DNA of 63,437 nt, filler included, from Bigelowiella natans CCMP2755 (taxonomy: Eukaryota > Protista > Cercozoa): NCBI GenBank assembly GCA_000320545.1. It is 5 parts of 5 records of this genome, joined end to end, with 100 filler letters (N's around TTAATTAATTAA, not from the genome) between each part and the next. Parts side by side here need not be neighbours in the genome. Positions count along the whole stretch, not along the records: positions 19,043 to 41,928 come from ADNK01000680.1; positions 42,029 to 61,494 come from ADNK01003202.1; 3 more parts are not named here. One strand, 5' to 3'. The notes under the pieces were generated by a model. The model made no database searches. It worked only from the letters and a program-made list of their open reading frames with translations, and had not been told where the DNA came from. A program made the position numbers and the translations under genes. Position 1 is the stretch's first letter; each line of letters starts with the position of its first letter. Below are positions 38,401-52,008 of the stretch, one piece after another.

Positions 38401-39283
38401 GCAGTTCCGCGGCGCCAGCGACCTGGGCTGCTACGTGCGGATCCACGAGTACTGCGAGCTGGATGTGGCGGAGGCCGTCTACAGGGGCACCAGCTACGTG
38501 ACCAAGAGGCAGGCCTACATCGAATGGTCCAACCGCAACTACATGAACAACAAGACGCTGCAGGCCGCGCGCGCGCTCCTGCGCAACATGGAGCGCACGT
38601 GCCAGGACATGGGCATGGAGGTCGCCAGCCAGCTGCCGGAGAAGATCCCCCCCGGCTGGTGGGACGACGTGCACTTCCTCTTCACGCGGTCCTTCTCCCA
38701 CTGCCTCCTTCGGCTGGAGGGCAAGAAGTACTACACGATCGAGACGGCCATGTCCAAGCGAGAGGGCCCCGTGCAGGTGGGGAAGCGCGACTCCCTCACC
38801 ACCATCAAGAACAACCCCCCCCGGGTCGTGGCCCTGCACCTCATCGCGTACGAGACGCAGGGCACAAACCGCCAGGTCTTCGCCGGGGGGATCTTGCTGC
38901 CGACAGAGCCGTGCAACGACGACCTGTACGACGAGATGGTGCGGCTGGTTGAGGAGGACAAGCACGAGGGCCTGATGCACGCCTTCGGCCTCATCAAGCA
39001 CGAGCCGCCCTCGAGCCGGAAGAAGAAGAACGGCGGCGGCGGCGGAGGGGGCGGGGGCGGCCTTTGCAAGGACTGCGGCGGAGACTGCCCGTTGTCTTGT
39101 CCGAACCGGATGTGCGCCGTTTGCTGTGCGCGGTTCTCCAATGGCCGCTGCCGGGCGCACACCAAGTCCCGTAGCAAAAAGAACAAGAGCAAGAAGAAGA
39201 AGCGCGGAGGAGGAGGTGGGGGGGGCGGGAGGCGCGGGCCAAGGAGACCGAAGCAAGTCTTTCGAAAGACCGCGTGGGACTGA
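35401..39283 (+). CDS. DExH-box RNA helicase with two N-terminal WW domains and a C-terminal Cys/His zinc finger
   Basis: Three small exons, then a 3254-nt exon from 36030. Motifs APTGTGKT, DETH, SSAT, ATNLAESSITIP, QQKGRTGR. WW1 GPLPPGWSEYKNDDGIPYYHHPEHGSVWERP; WW2 NLPEGWTKHVTKSGKAYYDYDDGEMTIRSWSRP. Confidence 0.88.
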
Positions 39284-40299
39284 TCGCGAAGAACAACGAA
39301 ACGAATTCCGAAATAGCGAAAAAAAGGGCAGAGAAAGAGAGAGAGGGAAGGAGAGAGAGTATACCTTGAAAGAGTATCATTGTACTGTACAAGACCAACC
39401 TATCAAAAATGACGAGATTTGTAAATGTTTGGAGACCGAGAGAAGGGGGGAAGAACGAAGGGAAAATAATGATATTGTTTAGTAGTCTTTCAGCTTTGAA
39501 TTGCTGTTGCGAATTGTAAGCTGGCAGCATTTAATAAACTGTGTTCTGGATTTGGGTAAATCTGAAAAAAAATAGCTATTATTTCTCAGCAGTACGACGT
39601 CGCTTTTATTTTGTAGAAACAGAATATGCACGTACGTGCGTAGTACTTACCTATCAATCAGCACCATGTTCATTGCATACGATTGCAAATTATTATAATA
39701 TTAATATGCATCAATCGAACGCAGTACATTTGTATGTGAAAATGCGAATCGAAGCATGTATAGCGACGACGATCGATGCGACAAACGTGCGTGGCGCGCG
39801 CATGCATGCATCGTGCGTAAACAATAAGGCGGATATTGTATATCTTTACTGTAGAGTCGTCGGAGTGAAGCAATGTGGTTTCAGCTAGCTAGCTAGTTCT
39901 ACGCAAAGGCGTGCGTATGCATGCTGATGAGCACTGTGGCACACATCGCCTCATTGCATGCTACACACAGGTCTAGAGGTAGCTGCTAGTCAGCGCATGC
40001 GCGCGTTGTCCCTTCCAGCAATCATAGCATTTGACACGATATGGTGCATGCATAACATTATTGTAGCCGACGCAATGTAGAATGCATGCAGCACATGTAA
40101 GTGCGCTATATGCTAGCACAGCTGGCGAGTCATACACCATACGTATAGCGATGCCGCAACTACGACACAACATCATATGTAGCATTCTATATGCGCTGTG
40201 TCCATCAATGCGCTTGCACCGGAGCGCAAGCCTGTATATTTTGTATCGTACCCAATGGCATGCACAAGTATCAAACAGATGCTTAGTTGCACGTGCCAG

Positions 40300-41492
40300 C
40301 TGATGTTCAAGTCAACGTTCATCTGATCGATGCGACCTCGCATGAGACCGAGAGTGTACGACGACGAAACCCATTCGCAACTCGCCATGCCAACCTTTCG
40401 AATAGCTAAATAAAACTTGGAGCGGGAAAAGTAAAGAATAAGAAGAAACGGCGGCGGCGCTGGGACTGGGGCTTGTTCGCGCATTCATCACACAGCAATG
40501 CTCGCGCTAACGCGATCTTGGAACATAGCTCGGCCACTTCATCCCTTGCGGAGCGGACGTGTCGCACAACGGCTATGGATCGCAAAACGAAGAGAAGTAG
40601 ATCCGGGTGGCGGTGCAGTACAGTTGCAGAGAAGCAAGGAGAAATGGAGGCAGCAGCATCTTACACGCTCGGAGCGTTCGGATTGCCCAATTCCACACTG
40701 GAGGCACCCTCGGGCGCGATTATTTTTGGGTTGGACGGCAGAACCTAAGAATGGCGGAGTGAGCAGAAAGCAAAGATGGCAGAGAACATGAGGGAGAGGC
40801 GACACAGAAAAACACCACTTCCAAATTCGAAAACAGACCAACCGCAAAATCCACCACCTCCTTCCCATGTTCCTCACGGGCCTCTCTCCATGTTTGCGCG
40901 CGCGCGTGTGTGTTTGTGTGTCAATTCACTAAAAACATCCATCACATCGCCGTCCGGGAACATTGATAGAATTCGGAACGATGCATGTGATCATAGCTTG
41001 TATGGAAAGACATGTTACCCTTCTTTCTTGCGAGCTCAAATACCAATACCCTCCAATCATAAGCACGCCAATCGCAAAGCAACCGACGACGACTCCTGGG
41101 AGAGGGGGAGGGGGCGGGGAGCGGAACGTTAACCGAGAGAGAAAACATACACAATTACTCTGGAAGGCCTGCGCGCATCCATAGATTCTTCGCTCTTTGG
41201 CCAAAAAAGGAAAAAAAGAACATGATGCTCGTTCGTAGTTGAGGGCACATCAAGATCGCAACAGCGGGAGTTTGGCGGGATTTATCTATCATTTCTTGAC
41301 GCTGAGGCTTTGCGTGGGATGGCTATATTTGATCGAAGGGCTGCATCATCCTCTCATTTCGCAATTTGATGCGTACTACCGGCGATAAGCCCAGCATTAT
41401 CACTTCCCCCTCCTCCATCTCCTCCGTCGCTGTCGCCGCTTGAACTTAAGCGAGAACAAAATTAACACTTCTAAGAACGCACGCAAAAACAT

Positions 41493-41555
<63 letters not shown>

Positions 41556-41743
41556 GATTTATCTGCTGCTTACCAGATGAAGATGAAGAGGAAGATGATG
41601 AAGAGGAAGATGATGAAGAGGAAGATGAAGAAGAAACTACTGGTCGAGTAGTAGGTGGAGTAGTAGGAAGAGTTACAGGCGATGTAGTCGGTGACGATCC
41701 TCCGCTACTGCTGCTGCCCCCACTAGAACCTCCTGATGAGCTG

Positions 41744-41796
<53 letters not shown>

Positions 41797-41928
41797 TATT
41801 CTGTATATATTCTGTGGGCTCCCACGAAGGCGCATAGAGAGCAGCGTATTCGAGCGACGACTATGTGTGTCGCAGTCCTCCGTTTGCAACGCTTTTTTCG
41901 TGTCACCTTGCGGTGGAGAAATGCTGGT
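40300..41928 (-). CDS. Possible spliced gene of unknown function (one TM-like segment)
   Basis: Several exon-like GC-richer blocks with minus-strand splice signals, e.g. VLPSNPKIIAPEGASSVELG and GCFAIGVLMIGGYWYL. No recognisable family and the frame is not resolved. Confidence 0.25.
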
Positions 41929-42028
41929 NNNNNNNNNNNNNNNNNNNNNNNNNNNNNNNNNNNNNNNNNNNNTTAATTAATTAANNNNNNNNNNNNNNNN
42001 NNNNNNNNNNNNNNNNNNNNNNNNNNNN
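41929..42028. other. Scaffold gap
   Basis: N run with TTAATTAATTAA spacer. Confidence 0.98.
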
Positions 42029-42139
42029 TTCTCTTTTCGTATAGCTTCTGCTTTGCACGGAGAATCGACGAAGAATAACTGCCTAACTTTCAGGAAACAT
42101 TTCCGCGTTTTCTCTTTCGCTTTTGTTTGTTCTCTACCT

Positions 42140-42181
<42 letters not shown>

Positions 42182-42339
42182 AAGAAATGATCAAGCTGCT
42201 GCTGATCATGATGACAATGATGATAATAGTTGTCAGCACTTACACAATTCGAGTATTGTTCGTGTGACACCTCCTCCTCGCAGGAGGATAAGAGGCCCTC
42301 CTCCCTACTTTTCCTCGTCGAGGCGGGGGGGTTGGGGGG

Positions 42340-42948
42340 GGGACACTACATGCTCCGCTGCAAAATCGTCTCACTTCTCACGTTTGGCAATATTATGATG
42401 CACATCAGCAATTGACGGTTCTATCCGAGGGGCTGCTCGCGACACTTATCAACGCACAGACGCAAATGAGCACGCAAAAGTCATTCCTATAATGCATCGC
42501 AACATGATACTCGATTGTGCATACAGAACTTATATATATATGTATATATATATGTATATATACATTGATATATTGATATATTATAGTAGTAACTTTGGCA
42601 ATATATTGCATACAATGTCAGATCTCTACCCCCAACGCCGTCTGGTGAGATCCCCGGAGTTGTATCCACCCTCCCCCTCCACCAACAGCAGCGCCTCTAC
42701 AACAGTGTTATCAGCCCCGAAAGCAGTAGCATCATGGAGACGCTAATAGCAAAGAGCCGCGCTATACACGGTGCGCCGGGATTTATTGTTTCTTCGCTGT
42801 TTCTTCGTGTTGTGTGGGGCTTTGTAGTGTCTCTAGAGACTGTGTTGTTGTTGTTGTTGTTGTTGTTATCGCTCGTTCGTGCAAATAAATAGCCGATACT
42901 CGATGATATGTGTGTGCCTGTGTGTTGCGTGTGTGTTGTGTGTGTGTG

Positions 42949-42986
<38 letters not shown>

Positions 42987-43092
42987 GGGGGTGCAATCAC
43001 GTTTGCTCTCCCGTTTCTATTGGCGTTGATGTGCTGATAAATGTGCTATTTTATATACACATGCACACATACACACACACACACACGCACAC

Positions 43093-43139
<47 letters not shown>

Positions 43140-43326
43140 ATTATCCATGTACATACATGAATATATTGCATGTACATATCAACAATGCTTGTTATGCTTC
43201 GATCTTGGTTTATTGTGACGTTCGTCAGAGCTCCTTAGTCGGGCAGAGAAGGAGGTTACGAGCGCAGATGCTAACGTTCAGAAGGCAAACGTATTATTGT
43301 TCTCCCCCCTCATCCCCCTCCCCTCC

Positions 43327-43383
<57 letters not shown>

Positions 43384-44017
43384 ATATGTAAATATCTCTA
43401 GTATAACAGTATATATAGATGATTCTTGCGTACATCTGTGTGTATTCGGTTGTGCACTAAAAGCGCACCGTGAGCCCTGGCAATGTTTACCGGGTACTGA
43501 TTCGAAAGGCTCGAGGAAATAAGGTGATAGCTGGAACGATGGTGATAAAAGGACACTAATGAAAAGCAGTGTTTGCATGGTCGTGATGAGGTGGTATGTG
43601 TGTGTGTGTGTGTGTTTGTTTGTGTGTTGTGCTGGAAATACTGCTCTATTGTTTGCTTTGTTATACCACGTTAGCGGGGATGTGGATTTATCGATGCTTT
43701 CATCTTTCTCTTTCTCTCTCTCTCTCTCCCGTTTAATATCGATATATCGATATTATACATTTATATTTGTTAAAAAACATAACTGAAATAGTTTGCACCT
43801 CCCCTTCCCCCACTCCTTGTTATTCAAGGATCTTGGAATACGCCGAGAAGATGCAGATATAAAGGTTATATGTGGCGGAGGATAGTGATGATGACGATAG
43901 CATCAAAGCTGCTGGCATGACGTGCTTGATACTTTTATCGTTCCTGAGTGTATTTTCCTATAGTTTGCAAATGATGATGTATCAAAAGCATTCTCACACC
44001 GTGCCTTGTGTATGTGT

Positions 44018-44058
<41 letters not shown>

Positions 44059-44705
44059 TATGTGTGTCGTGTGGTTAGGAGTTGATAACTTCTGTGCAAT
44101 TGGAATTTGAGATGAAGGACCGACAGCTGAGGAAGCTGCAGGATCGATGCGCCTTTTTAAGGTGTTTGTGTGCGTGGATTCGTGTGCATATGCGTGTTGG
44201 ATGTGTGTAGATGTTTCATTTGTGTGTGTATGAGAGAGAGAGAGAGAGAGAGAGAGAGTAAGAGAAATATAGAAAAAAGGAAAGCAACACTTAAAGTGAG
44301 GGCGGAAGGGAATTACATCTCGATTTCCAGTCAATCGCCTCTTTTGACGAGAACCGATGAGATTTCCTCCTATCTTACTATCCCATCAAGTTAAATATTA
44401 TGCGAACTATTCCACATAGTCGTGAGCGATTGGAAGTCGTAAACCGAATGGTGGTGAGAGAGGAAGAAGCAAAACTCCTCGTACAGTCGCTGAGAGGTCA
44501 GTTATATAATACACGTGTGTGCGGCATACCTTTTAGTGGGGTTATGGTAGCGTTGTAGCATGAGCGAGCAAGTAATGACAACGTCTGGGGTGGGGGGACG
44601 GGGTAGAGAAGAAAGGATGCACAAGGTGCTAATGCGTGTGGTACTGTTTAGTATTGACAATATTTACATAAGGTGTGTGCCTAAGGTGTGTATAGATATG
44701 ATATG

Positions 44706-44748
<43 letters not shown>

Positions 44749-45529
44749 AAAATATACAAGATATACACATAATATATATTAATTTATATAATATACATGT
44801 ATACATAGAAATTGTCATTCCACCCCATAGATGCTAACGGTCCCTTGTACCAAACACAGATACCGTATCAACATTGCTTGGAGCCTCCTCCTCCTCCTCC
44901 TCCCCCCCCTCTACAGCCCTTCCAAATGTCCGGCATTTGGGTTCTAATCAAACACTGCAAGGTGATAGATAACTCGTGGTAGCGGTAAAGGCGCAATATC
45001 GCACTAGGCTGCCAAATGTGGGAGGGGGGGAGGGAGTGAAGAAGATTAATGAATACGGCACTCATTTCTTTGCAAATACTATCAGCGTTGGGAAAAACTA
45101 CAGCTTTTATCGAAAAGCCTTTTCCTTCTTTTTCTATTCTTTCTTCTTCTTCTTCTTCTTCTTCTTCTTCTTCCTCTTTTCTTCTTCCTCTCCTCCTTAA
45201 ATGGAATTCTCTCCGCTCGTTTGAGATTTCCTCTTTTCCTCTCCGCCTCGTCGGCCACACATTGCACAGGGTCTGCTTCCGCCTCTGCTCGTATCCCACG
45301 TAGCGAAGGGGGGGGGGGGGCTTTCTCCTCCCCTTCCAAGGGAGAGGTCCAAGCTGCAGTGCCAAACAGTGCGGTGATGGCGCGCAAAAGGAGGAAACGA
45401 AGACAAGGTTATTACAAGTCTATTCATTCATACATATATTTTATATTATATATATATATATATGATATATACATATTTGTAAATTTACAATTAGATATCA
45501 TGTGTGCGTAAGTGTGTATGCATGTGCGT

Positions 45530-45569
<40 letters not shown>

Positions 45570-46000
45570 GTGCACGTGCTTCGATTTTACATGAGCATGT
45601 AGCGTCTCGTGCCCCTTGCCACGTCCCTCCCCCCCCCCCTCCCCCTCGAGTAAGCATTGACTCGCCCTCCACATCCACAATAGCAGGAGGACAGCACCGT
45701 ATCAAAACATGCTATGGCTCGAAAACAGTGCAAAGAGTCAATTTATGGGAGGTGATGACTACCCAACTTCGTATCGCTGTGTGTGCGTGTTGGGTTTTTT
45801 GGGGGGGGGGGGGGATATATAGTTGTACTCTTGCTTCCAGCTGTGTTGAAATGGAGCGTTTGGTTGTTCGCAGAGTGTATGGCCAATGCCTCTTAACTGC
45901 CGGAGGGCTCCTTCCAAAAGTAGCTCTATTCATGCTCATTCCTAAAAACACCAAGATTTATACAATGTGTGAGGGGGGAGGGATGTGATGGAACGAGTGC
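42340..46000 (+). CDS. Possible multi-exon coiled-coil protein of unknown function
   Basis: AG/GT-bounded open blocks: ELLSRAEKEVTSADANVQKAN, ELITSVQLEFEMKDRQLRKLQDRCAFLR, RERLEVVNRMVVREEEAKLLVQSLR, ...MARKRRKRRQ. Boundaries uncertain. Confidence 0.4.
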
Positions 46001-46197
46001 TACGCAGAGCTGGAATACACATTGTTTGATGCGACGGAACAGCTAAAATTCCCCTGTGTGTGTGTATGTTTGTAGAAGCAGCTTTGTTAGAGGAAACATT
46101 GAAGTACGGGTCGATTGTGGTATGTAAGATACTTCATAGTAGACAAAGACAACGACAACACACACAACACACACACACACACACACACTTACACAAG

Positions 46198-46249
<52 letters not shown>

Positions 46250-46588
46250 AGGATACACGCATATATAGTCGCCAAAAAGGAGCGAGCGTTTCATTATAAA
46301 ACAAATCAAGCCGTTGTGATCGTAGGCATTGGCTTTAACAACGATGCCCCAACAGGCACATCATCATTCCTCTATTGCCGGCACATTGCCGCAGTATAGA
46401 TAGCACCCACTAACCAAAGACACGATGCAAACGGATTGCAAATGACGAAATCAGGTTGCAGAGAAGGTATTCAAGGGGTGGGTGAGGCACTCACTAGGTT
46501 GGACTCAAATCAAGGATGGTAATACCACTGTTCAGATACACATACACACAATAATCATATATACACAACATAATATGAATATAATTTG

Positions 46589-46638
<50 letters not shown>

Positions 46639-47032
46639 CTCTGTAAAAATCAATCTTCAACGCTCCTACTAAATGCGTCATCGATCATTGCTTATTTCCG
46701 CCATTCACGCCTTCACTCGCTGTGCCTTTGTCCTTCGTCTTTTCCTCAGGAAATAACCGTTTTCTAGCCCGACTGCCGCTTGTACAAACACCTCTGGGGA
46801 TGGCCTATCTCAAAAGGTCAACGTCAGCAATAGCACTGAAAAGCGGAAGAAACAAAGCTGCTCTGCAGAAGTGAAGGGGGGGGGGGCAGGGGCTAATGAG
46901 AGCATTATGGTGATGATTTAGCGTGAAGTCTGATGTTGTTTGTCGTGTTAATGCTGCAATCGAATCTACATATTCCAGGAAACCGAGGATGGATGGACTC
47001 TCCACAATCATTCTCACATGGTGATAATGTGT

Positions 47033-47069
<37 letters not shown>

Positions 47070-47185
47070 GCGTTTTGAATTAGGGTTAATAGAATTGATA
47101 TCTTTAGATGCAATAATCAACATTAGTAAACAATTTGTGTACACACACACACACACATATACATATATTTATGCATATGATATAT

Positions 47186-47224
<39 letters not shown>

Positions 47225-47524
47225 GTGCTCTGGCTATGGTGTCATGGCCTCTCTCCCAGGAAGTGACCTGGTTGACGATATACTAGGCCGAGCCAAGGTA
47301 GCTAAAAACGTGGATTCATTACAGTTTTTGCTTCTTCTCGTTACAATGCATCATTCTTGTTGTTGTAGGCAAAATTAACGAAGATTCTTGTATCTGCGAG
47401 AGGGGAACTTAAAGAATGGTTCTGACCTATTTTCTTTCTCTTTCTCTCTTGTTCTTTCTCTCTTTCTCTTTCTCTTTCTCTCTTCCTTTCTTCACCACGC
47501 GCGCGCGCGCACACACACACACAC

Positions 47525-47571
<47 letters not shown>

Positions 47572-47710
47572 AAGAGAGAGACGCACGTACATAAACACCT
47601 GCGAAAAAATATTATTTTTAAAGAAATATACTTTCTCTACTTAAAATGCGACATTATTCATGGATGCACGTATGTTTATTTACAAAGTCATTTCGATTTG
47701 TGTGTGTGCT

Positions 47711-47741
<31 letters not shown>

Positions 47742-48398
47742 CACATTATCAACAAACAAATAATAATACCCGTATATATACAGCCATGGCGACTCCCAGC
47801 GAGAGGAGCTAAAGGCGCACGTCGAGAGTCTAGGTTGTGCACTCTATGCTACTTATGCAACACTGTTTCACTCTCGGATACACTCGTATATTCGCCCATC
47901 AAACCGTGGAACACCGTTCCCAAAATCAATATGAGTTTACCACCTTAAATTAAAGAGATACTTCATTGAGAATGTCTTGTACATGCTCAAGACAATACTC
48001 CTCCTCTTTCTCTTCCCTTTATGCTGCTGACTGTGTCCCCCCCCCCCCCCCCCCCCCATCCCTCTTTGTCATTTCATAGAGAAAAAAATGCAGGAATTGA
48101 TGGAGCTCTCTGGAGTTGAGACCGTCAATGAGGTTGAGCTCCTTCCCCTGTGCATGCATACCCACCAAATGAAAAATGACAAGGCGGCATCATTTCAATT
48201 AACAAGAACAACAACACCAAACTCTTCGGCACTCACCATTACAACAACCGCACCTACGCAGCTACTGGAGAACCTCCAACTTGATGAGGAAGGAGCGGAG
48301 AATGATGAAGAGGGGGGGCACCCGGCGGACGGCGGAGGTGGTAGCGTGAATTTGGATACTGACGTTATTTGTGTACTGAATCACCAGTACAAATTATA

Positions 48399-48437
<39 letters not shown>

Positions 48438-48646
48438 TTATATCAAAGATATGCATCGTGTGTGTGTGTGTGTGTGTATTTATATATGATGTATAATGTC
48501 GTTTCTTAGTGGTACTCTCCCCCCCTCTCCCCCCCTCCTCTCTCTATCTCTATTCTTCTCCCGACCTCCCACGCAGAGGGAGATTCGAGCTTGTTAAATC
48601 CGACTTCTGGAGGGCTTGCAACAGTACAGGGCACTTCACTGCTTGA
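47225..48646 (+). CDS. 3' exons of an unassigned gene
   Basis: Exons that mostly chain in phase: CSGYGVMASLPGSDLVDDILGRAK, HGDSQREELKAHVESLG, EKKMQELMELSGVETVNE, LLENLQLDEEG..., EGRFELVKSDFWRACNSTGHFTA*. May continue the 42340-46000 gene. Confidence 0.4.
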
Positions 48647-49617
48647 TCATACCGCATATACGCACACGAGGGAGGAACCCGTAGCTATAATTAAGCAGCC
48701 ATTCTGTGACCAGATTGGACCGTTTCAGAATTAAGACGATAAATACAAAGTCACCGTCATTTTTCGAAACCCAACGCGCTGATTTATATCGTGCACAGGC
48801 AACACCGCGTAACGTTATCACGGAAGATGGAAGCGAAGGCATTTATGGCGTCTTTTCTTTCCTTCTCTCCATTGTGAGTACCGCAGCATCATTTTTGCTA
48901 TTTTTGATCATGTCTGGCGTTTACTTTTTGCTCTTTTACACGCGCTTACGTACACCGGAGCGCTTCTAATCCGTGTTGATGTCACGCACACACACACACA
49001 CACACACACGCACGCACGCACACACGTAGGTCGGACTTGAGGACGACAGTGACGAAGAGGCAGAAGGATACTGAATACATCTAGATATGTGAGAATGGCA
49101 TAATCGTGCGTGCATTTGATGTTACTTGGTTCACCATGAGCAGATATGCCTCAGCATGCTAGCACGGACTAGAATTGCGCATTGTGCAGTAGATATATGC
49201 ATGGCAGCGCTCTAGTTTCATGTTTGCAGCGAATGATACACGATTAGGTGATGAGCAGCCTAAATAACATCCAGACATCGTATCGTAATTCAAACAATAA
49301 TAATCTAGGTGTGCTTATTGACACGTGCACGCACAGCTGGGCACCGTGCTGGCTAACTAGCGTGCATGTCTAAGTGTCTAATTTTAGCATGTTCGGCCAA
49401 TCTTGTAGTGACGCAAAGCTACTGATACTATCAAACAAATACACAACACGCGCCTATAGACCTACTGATGATGACGTAAGTAACCTAGTCTTTTATGGTT
49501 TCGTATAGCTCTTCATTCATGCTAGTATAATGCTTTAGTACTACTGATATAATACAGTAAATGACATTCGACCCAAGCTAGCAAGTCGCTATATATCTAG
49601 AATTTGAATCATCATCA

Positions 49618-52008
49618 CTACACTCGAAATGCTTTCATAATTTTACTGAGCCACACCATGCTTCGGGACCACGGCACGTGTCTCTCGAGAGGCCCGTTGT
49701 AGTCAAACGCGCACCGAAGTTGCACATTGCATCTACACATACAACGCAAAAAATGTGCGTCAGCATGCTGCGGGATTGATTCCCTACTCTGATTGAAGGA
49801 AAGGGCGAGCGTCGATGAAAGTGAAAGCGTGTAGTTACGACAACCATGATGGTTTTTTTCCCATTGTGGCTTGTGTGTTAGAGTTATCAGAATACCGTGC
49901 AGCTCCGAAGTTATAAGGGGACTCGATCCACCATTTAGGCGCTGAATCCGGTCTAAGCACCCGCACACTGTGCATGCGGCTGGGAAATCAGGAAGAACCA
50001 AAAACAATTAGGACAGAGATGGGGGAGGAACTTGTCTCTCTCCTTCTACATAACGAAAACAACGCCTTTGCCATTGTGTTTATCAATACGCCGTTCAAAA
50101 CCACATGCGACGCTCTCTGACGACGACGAGTTTGAAAAGGTTGGGCTCGATTTGGTTGAGTTGGTAGCTTACCTGCCAAAGTCGGTTACGATGACGTCGC
50201 CGCTGTATAGGCTCTGTCTCACATTCGGCGTGGGCGAAGCGGGGGGGTGGAGGTCAAGATATGTTGGAAAATATATCAGAAATTAAGCTGCATGACTTCC
50301 CCCCCCCCTCCCCCCACTTCTCGGTCTCTCTTCTTCTCTCCTGATCCATTCATAATCACGGATCTTTCGATCACGGATGTTTCGAACAAAATGATCCGTG
50401 TCTTCTTCTAGGAGGGGGGGGGGGGGGGATGGATACACTATGCTTACAAATCGCTACTTACAAATCGTATGTCACACTACAAACTTCCTTCGGCGTTGTT
50501 TACCATCACATGATCATCGACTCGAAAGAGAGCATCAGCCCCGAGAGATACGGACACCTTTAGGATGGTAATAACCGCAACACCGTCTGTTAGGAGGCTA
50601 ACGGCGGTCTCGCGCACCCCATTTCTCTTTGTGTTGCTTCATGGCTACAAACCGTGATAAGGCTGAATGGCAGTTTGCTACTATTCACGAGAGAAAAGCT
50701 AGGAATTATTGTAGATTTATTTTGACGAAAAGAACATATTTTTGTGCTCGGAGCAAGCGCAATAGCAAGACACTCCTCACTGACCCCCCACGTGCCTCCT
50801 GTATCTTTGTGAGCGGCCATGCTGCCTCCTGGGATAGTAGACAAGCAAATCAGCGTTTTCCTTACCGCACCCACGTGACGAACTACTTACAAGACACACT
50901 ATGATCAAAATGTCGTACGACTAACTGCACTTTGGGATGCATGTGGGATATCAGACCGGACGCCGACCTTCCGGGTAGACTTGCGCGTGGCATGAATCCA
51001 GCGTTTTCATTGGAATTTGGATTTCGTCTTCCAGAGAATACAAGTACGTGGGATATCGCTCGTGCATGTTTTGCATGTTTTGCATGTATGTGCGTTTGTG
51101 TGCGTTTGTGAGCATGTGTGTGTGTGTGTGTGTGTATGTGTGCGGGTGCGCATACAAATTTAAAATAGCCATTTGTCTTATGTATGTGCGGCTAGACATG
51201 GAAAACCGTAAATTTCATCATAGACACACGAAGAAGGCTCTTTTCTATCAACAGTCGCTATCTACTTGAGGATGACGACGATTCTCTTCTCGCTCTGTCA
51301 TATGCTCTCTGTCCAAGATCGAGAGCAAACTGTGGTGGTATCTCCAAATTCCCTATATATTAAATATGTCCTGTATTGTCGATCTTGTAGTACCGAAAAT
51401 CATGTATTTGAGAGTATACTTTTGTACTTGAAATTTATATGAAGTTATGCATTGCCTGTTTTCGTAGTCGGGTTATTGTAGAGGAGGAATGGAAAAGGGG
51501 CTGCAGGAAAGGGACACCCTGAGATCACCACATGCAAAAATGACGATATAAAACTAAATCACAAGGAAAACCCTCGCAAAGAGTTAAGATCGTTTAATCA
51601 ATTTTGCATTTTGCAGGGTGATTGTGTGCGTGTGTTGTGTATGTTTGCGCTCGCGTGCGCGCACCGTGAGTAACTCAGCGTTTGACTGTTTATTGATGAA
51701 TTTTGGTACAATAAACGAATTTTCGTTGTAGAAATACGTATTTAAGATTTACCTGCAGCAGTAAGTTGAGATACTTCAAGGGTGTCCTCCGCATGTGCTA
51801 CAGTAAAAAATACACAAGCTCATGATTCTCCTATTTGAAGTTGCTTTCTGCTGATCCCTTTATCCCTCTCCCTCTCTACCCCTCCCTCTCTCCCTCCCTC
51901 CTCTCCCTCCCTCCTCTCTAAGCACCTAGAAGGCCCTCGTAGAATCCCTGTTGGACGTCATCGTCCAAGAACCCACGAAGAATTATGATACCCTCGTCCC
52001 TGAGTTCT
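49618..52008 (-). CDS. AlkB-like 2-oxoglutarate/Fe(II) dioxygenase (5' exons not resolved)
   Basis: Spliced: GIIILRGFLDDDVQQ ... DSCHAQVYPEGGSMAAHKDTGGTWGVSVSLGADALFRV ... LYSGDVIVTDFGSRMHSVRVLRPDSAPKWW ... RCNVQLR. The HxD...H iron triad and RxNxxxR 2OG motif are intact. Confidence 0.82.

Noticed and set aside
37721-39256. 511-aa antisense ORF over the helicase
   Set aside because: Expected shadow of high-GC3 codon usage on the sense strand; no motifs.
50040-50120. LNGVLIN segment resembling an AlkB N-x-Y strand
   Set aside because: A better in-phase exon chain skips it (DFG|SRMHSV), so it is intronic.
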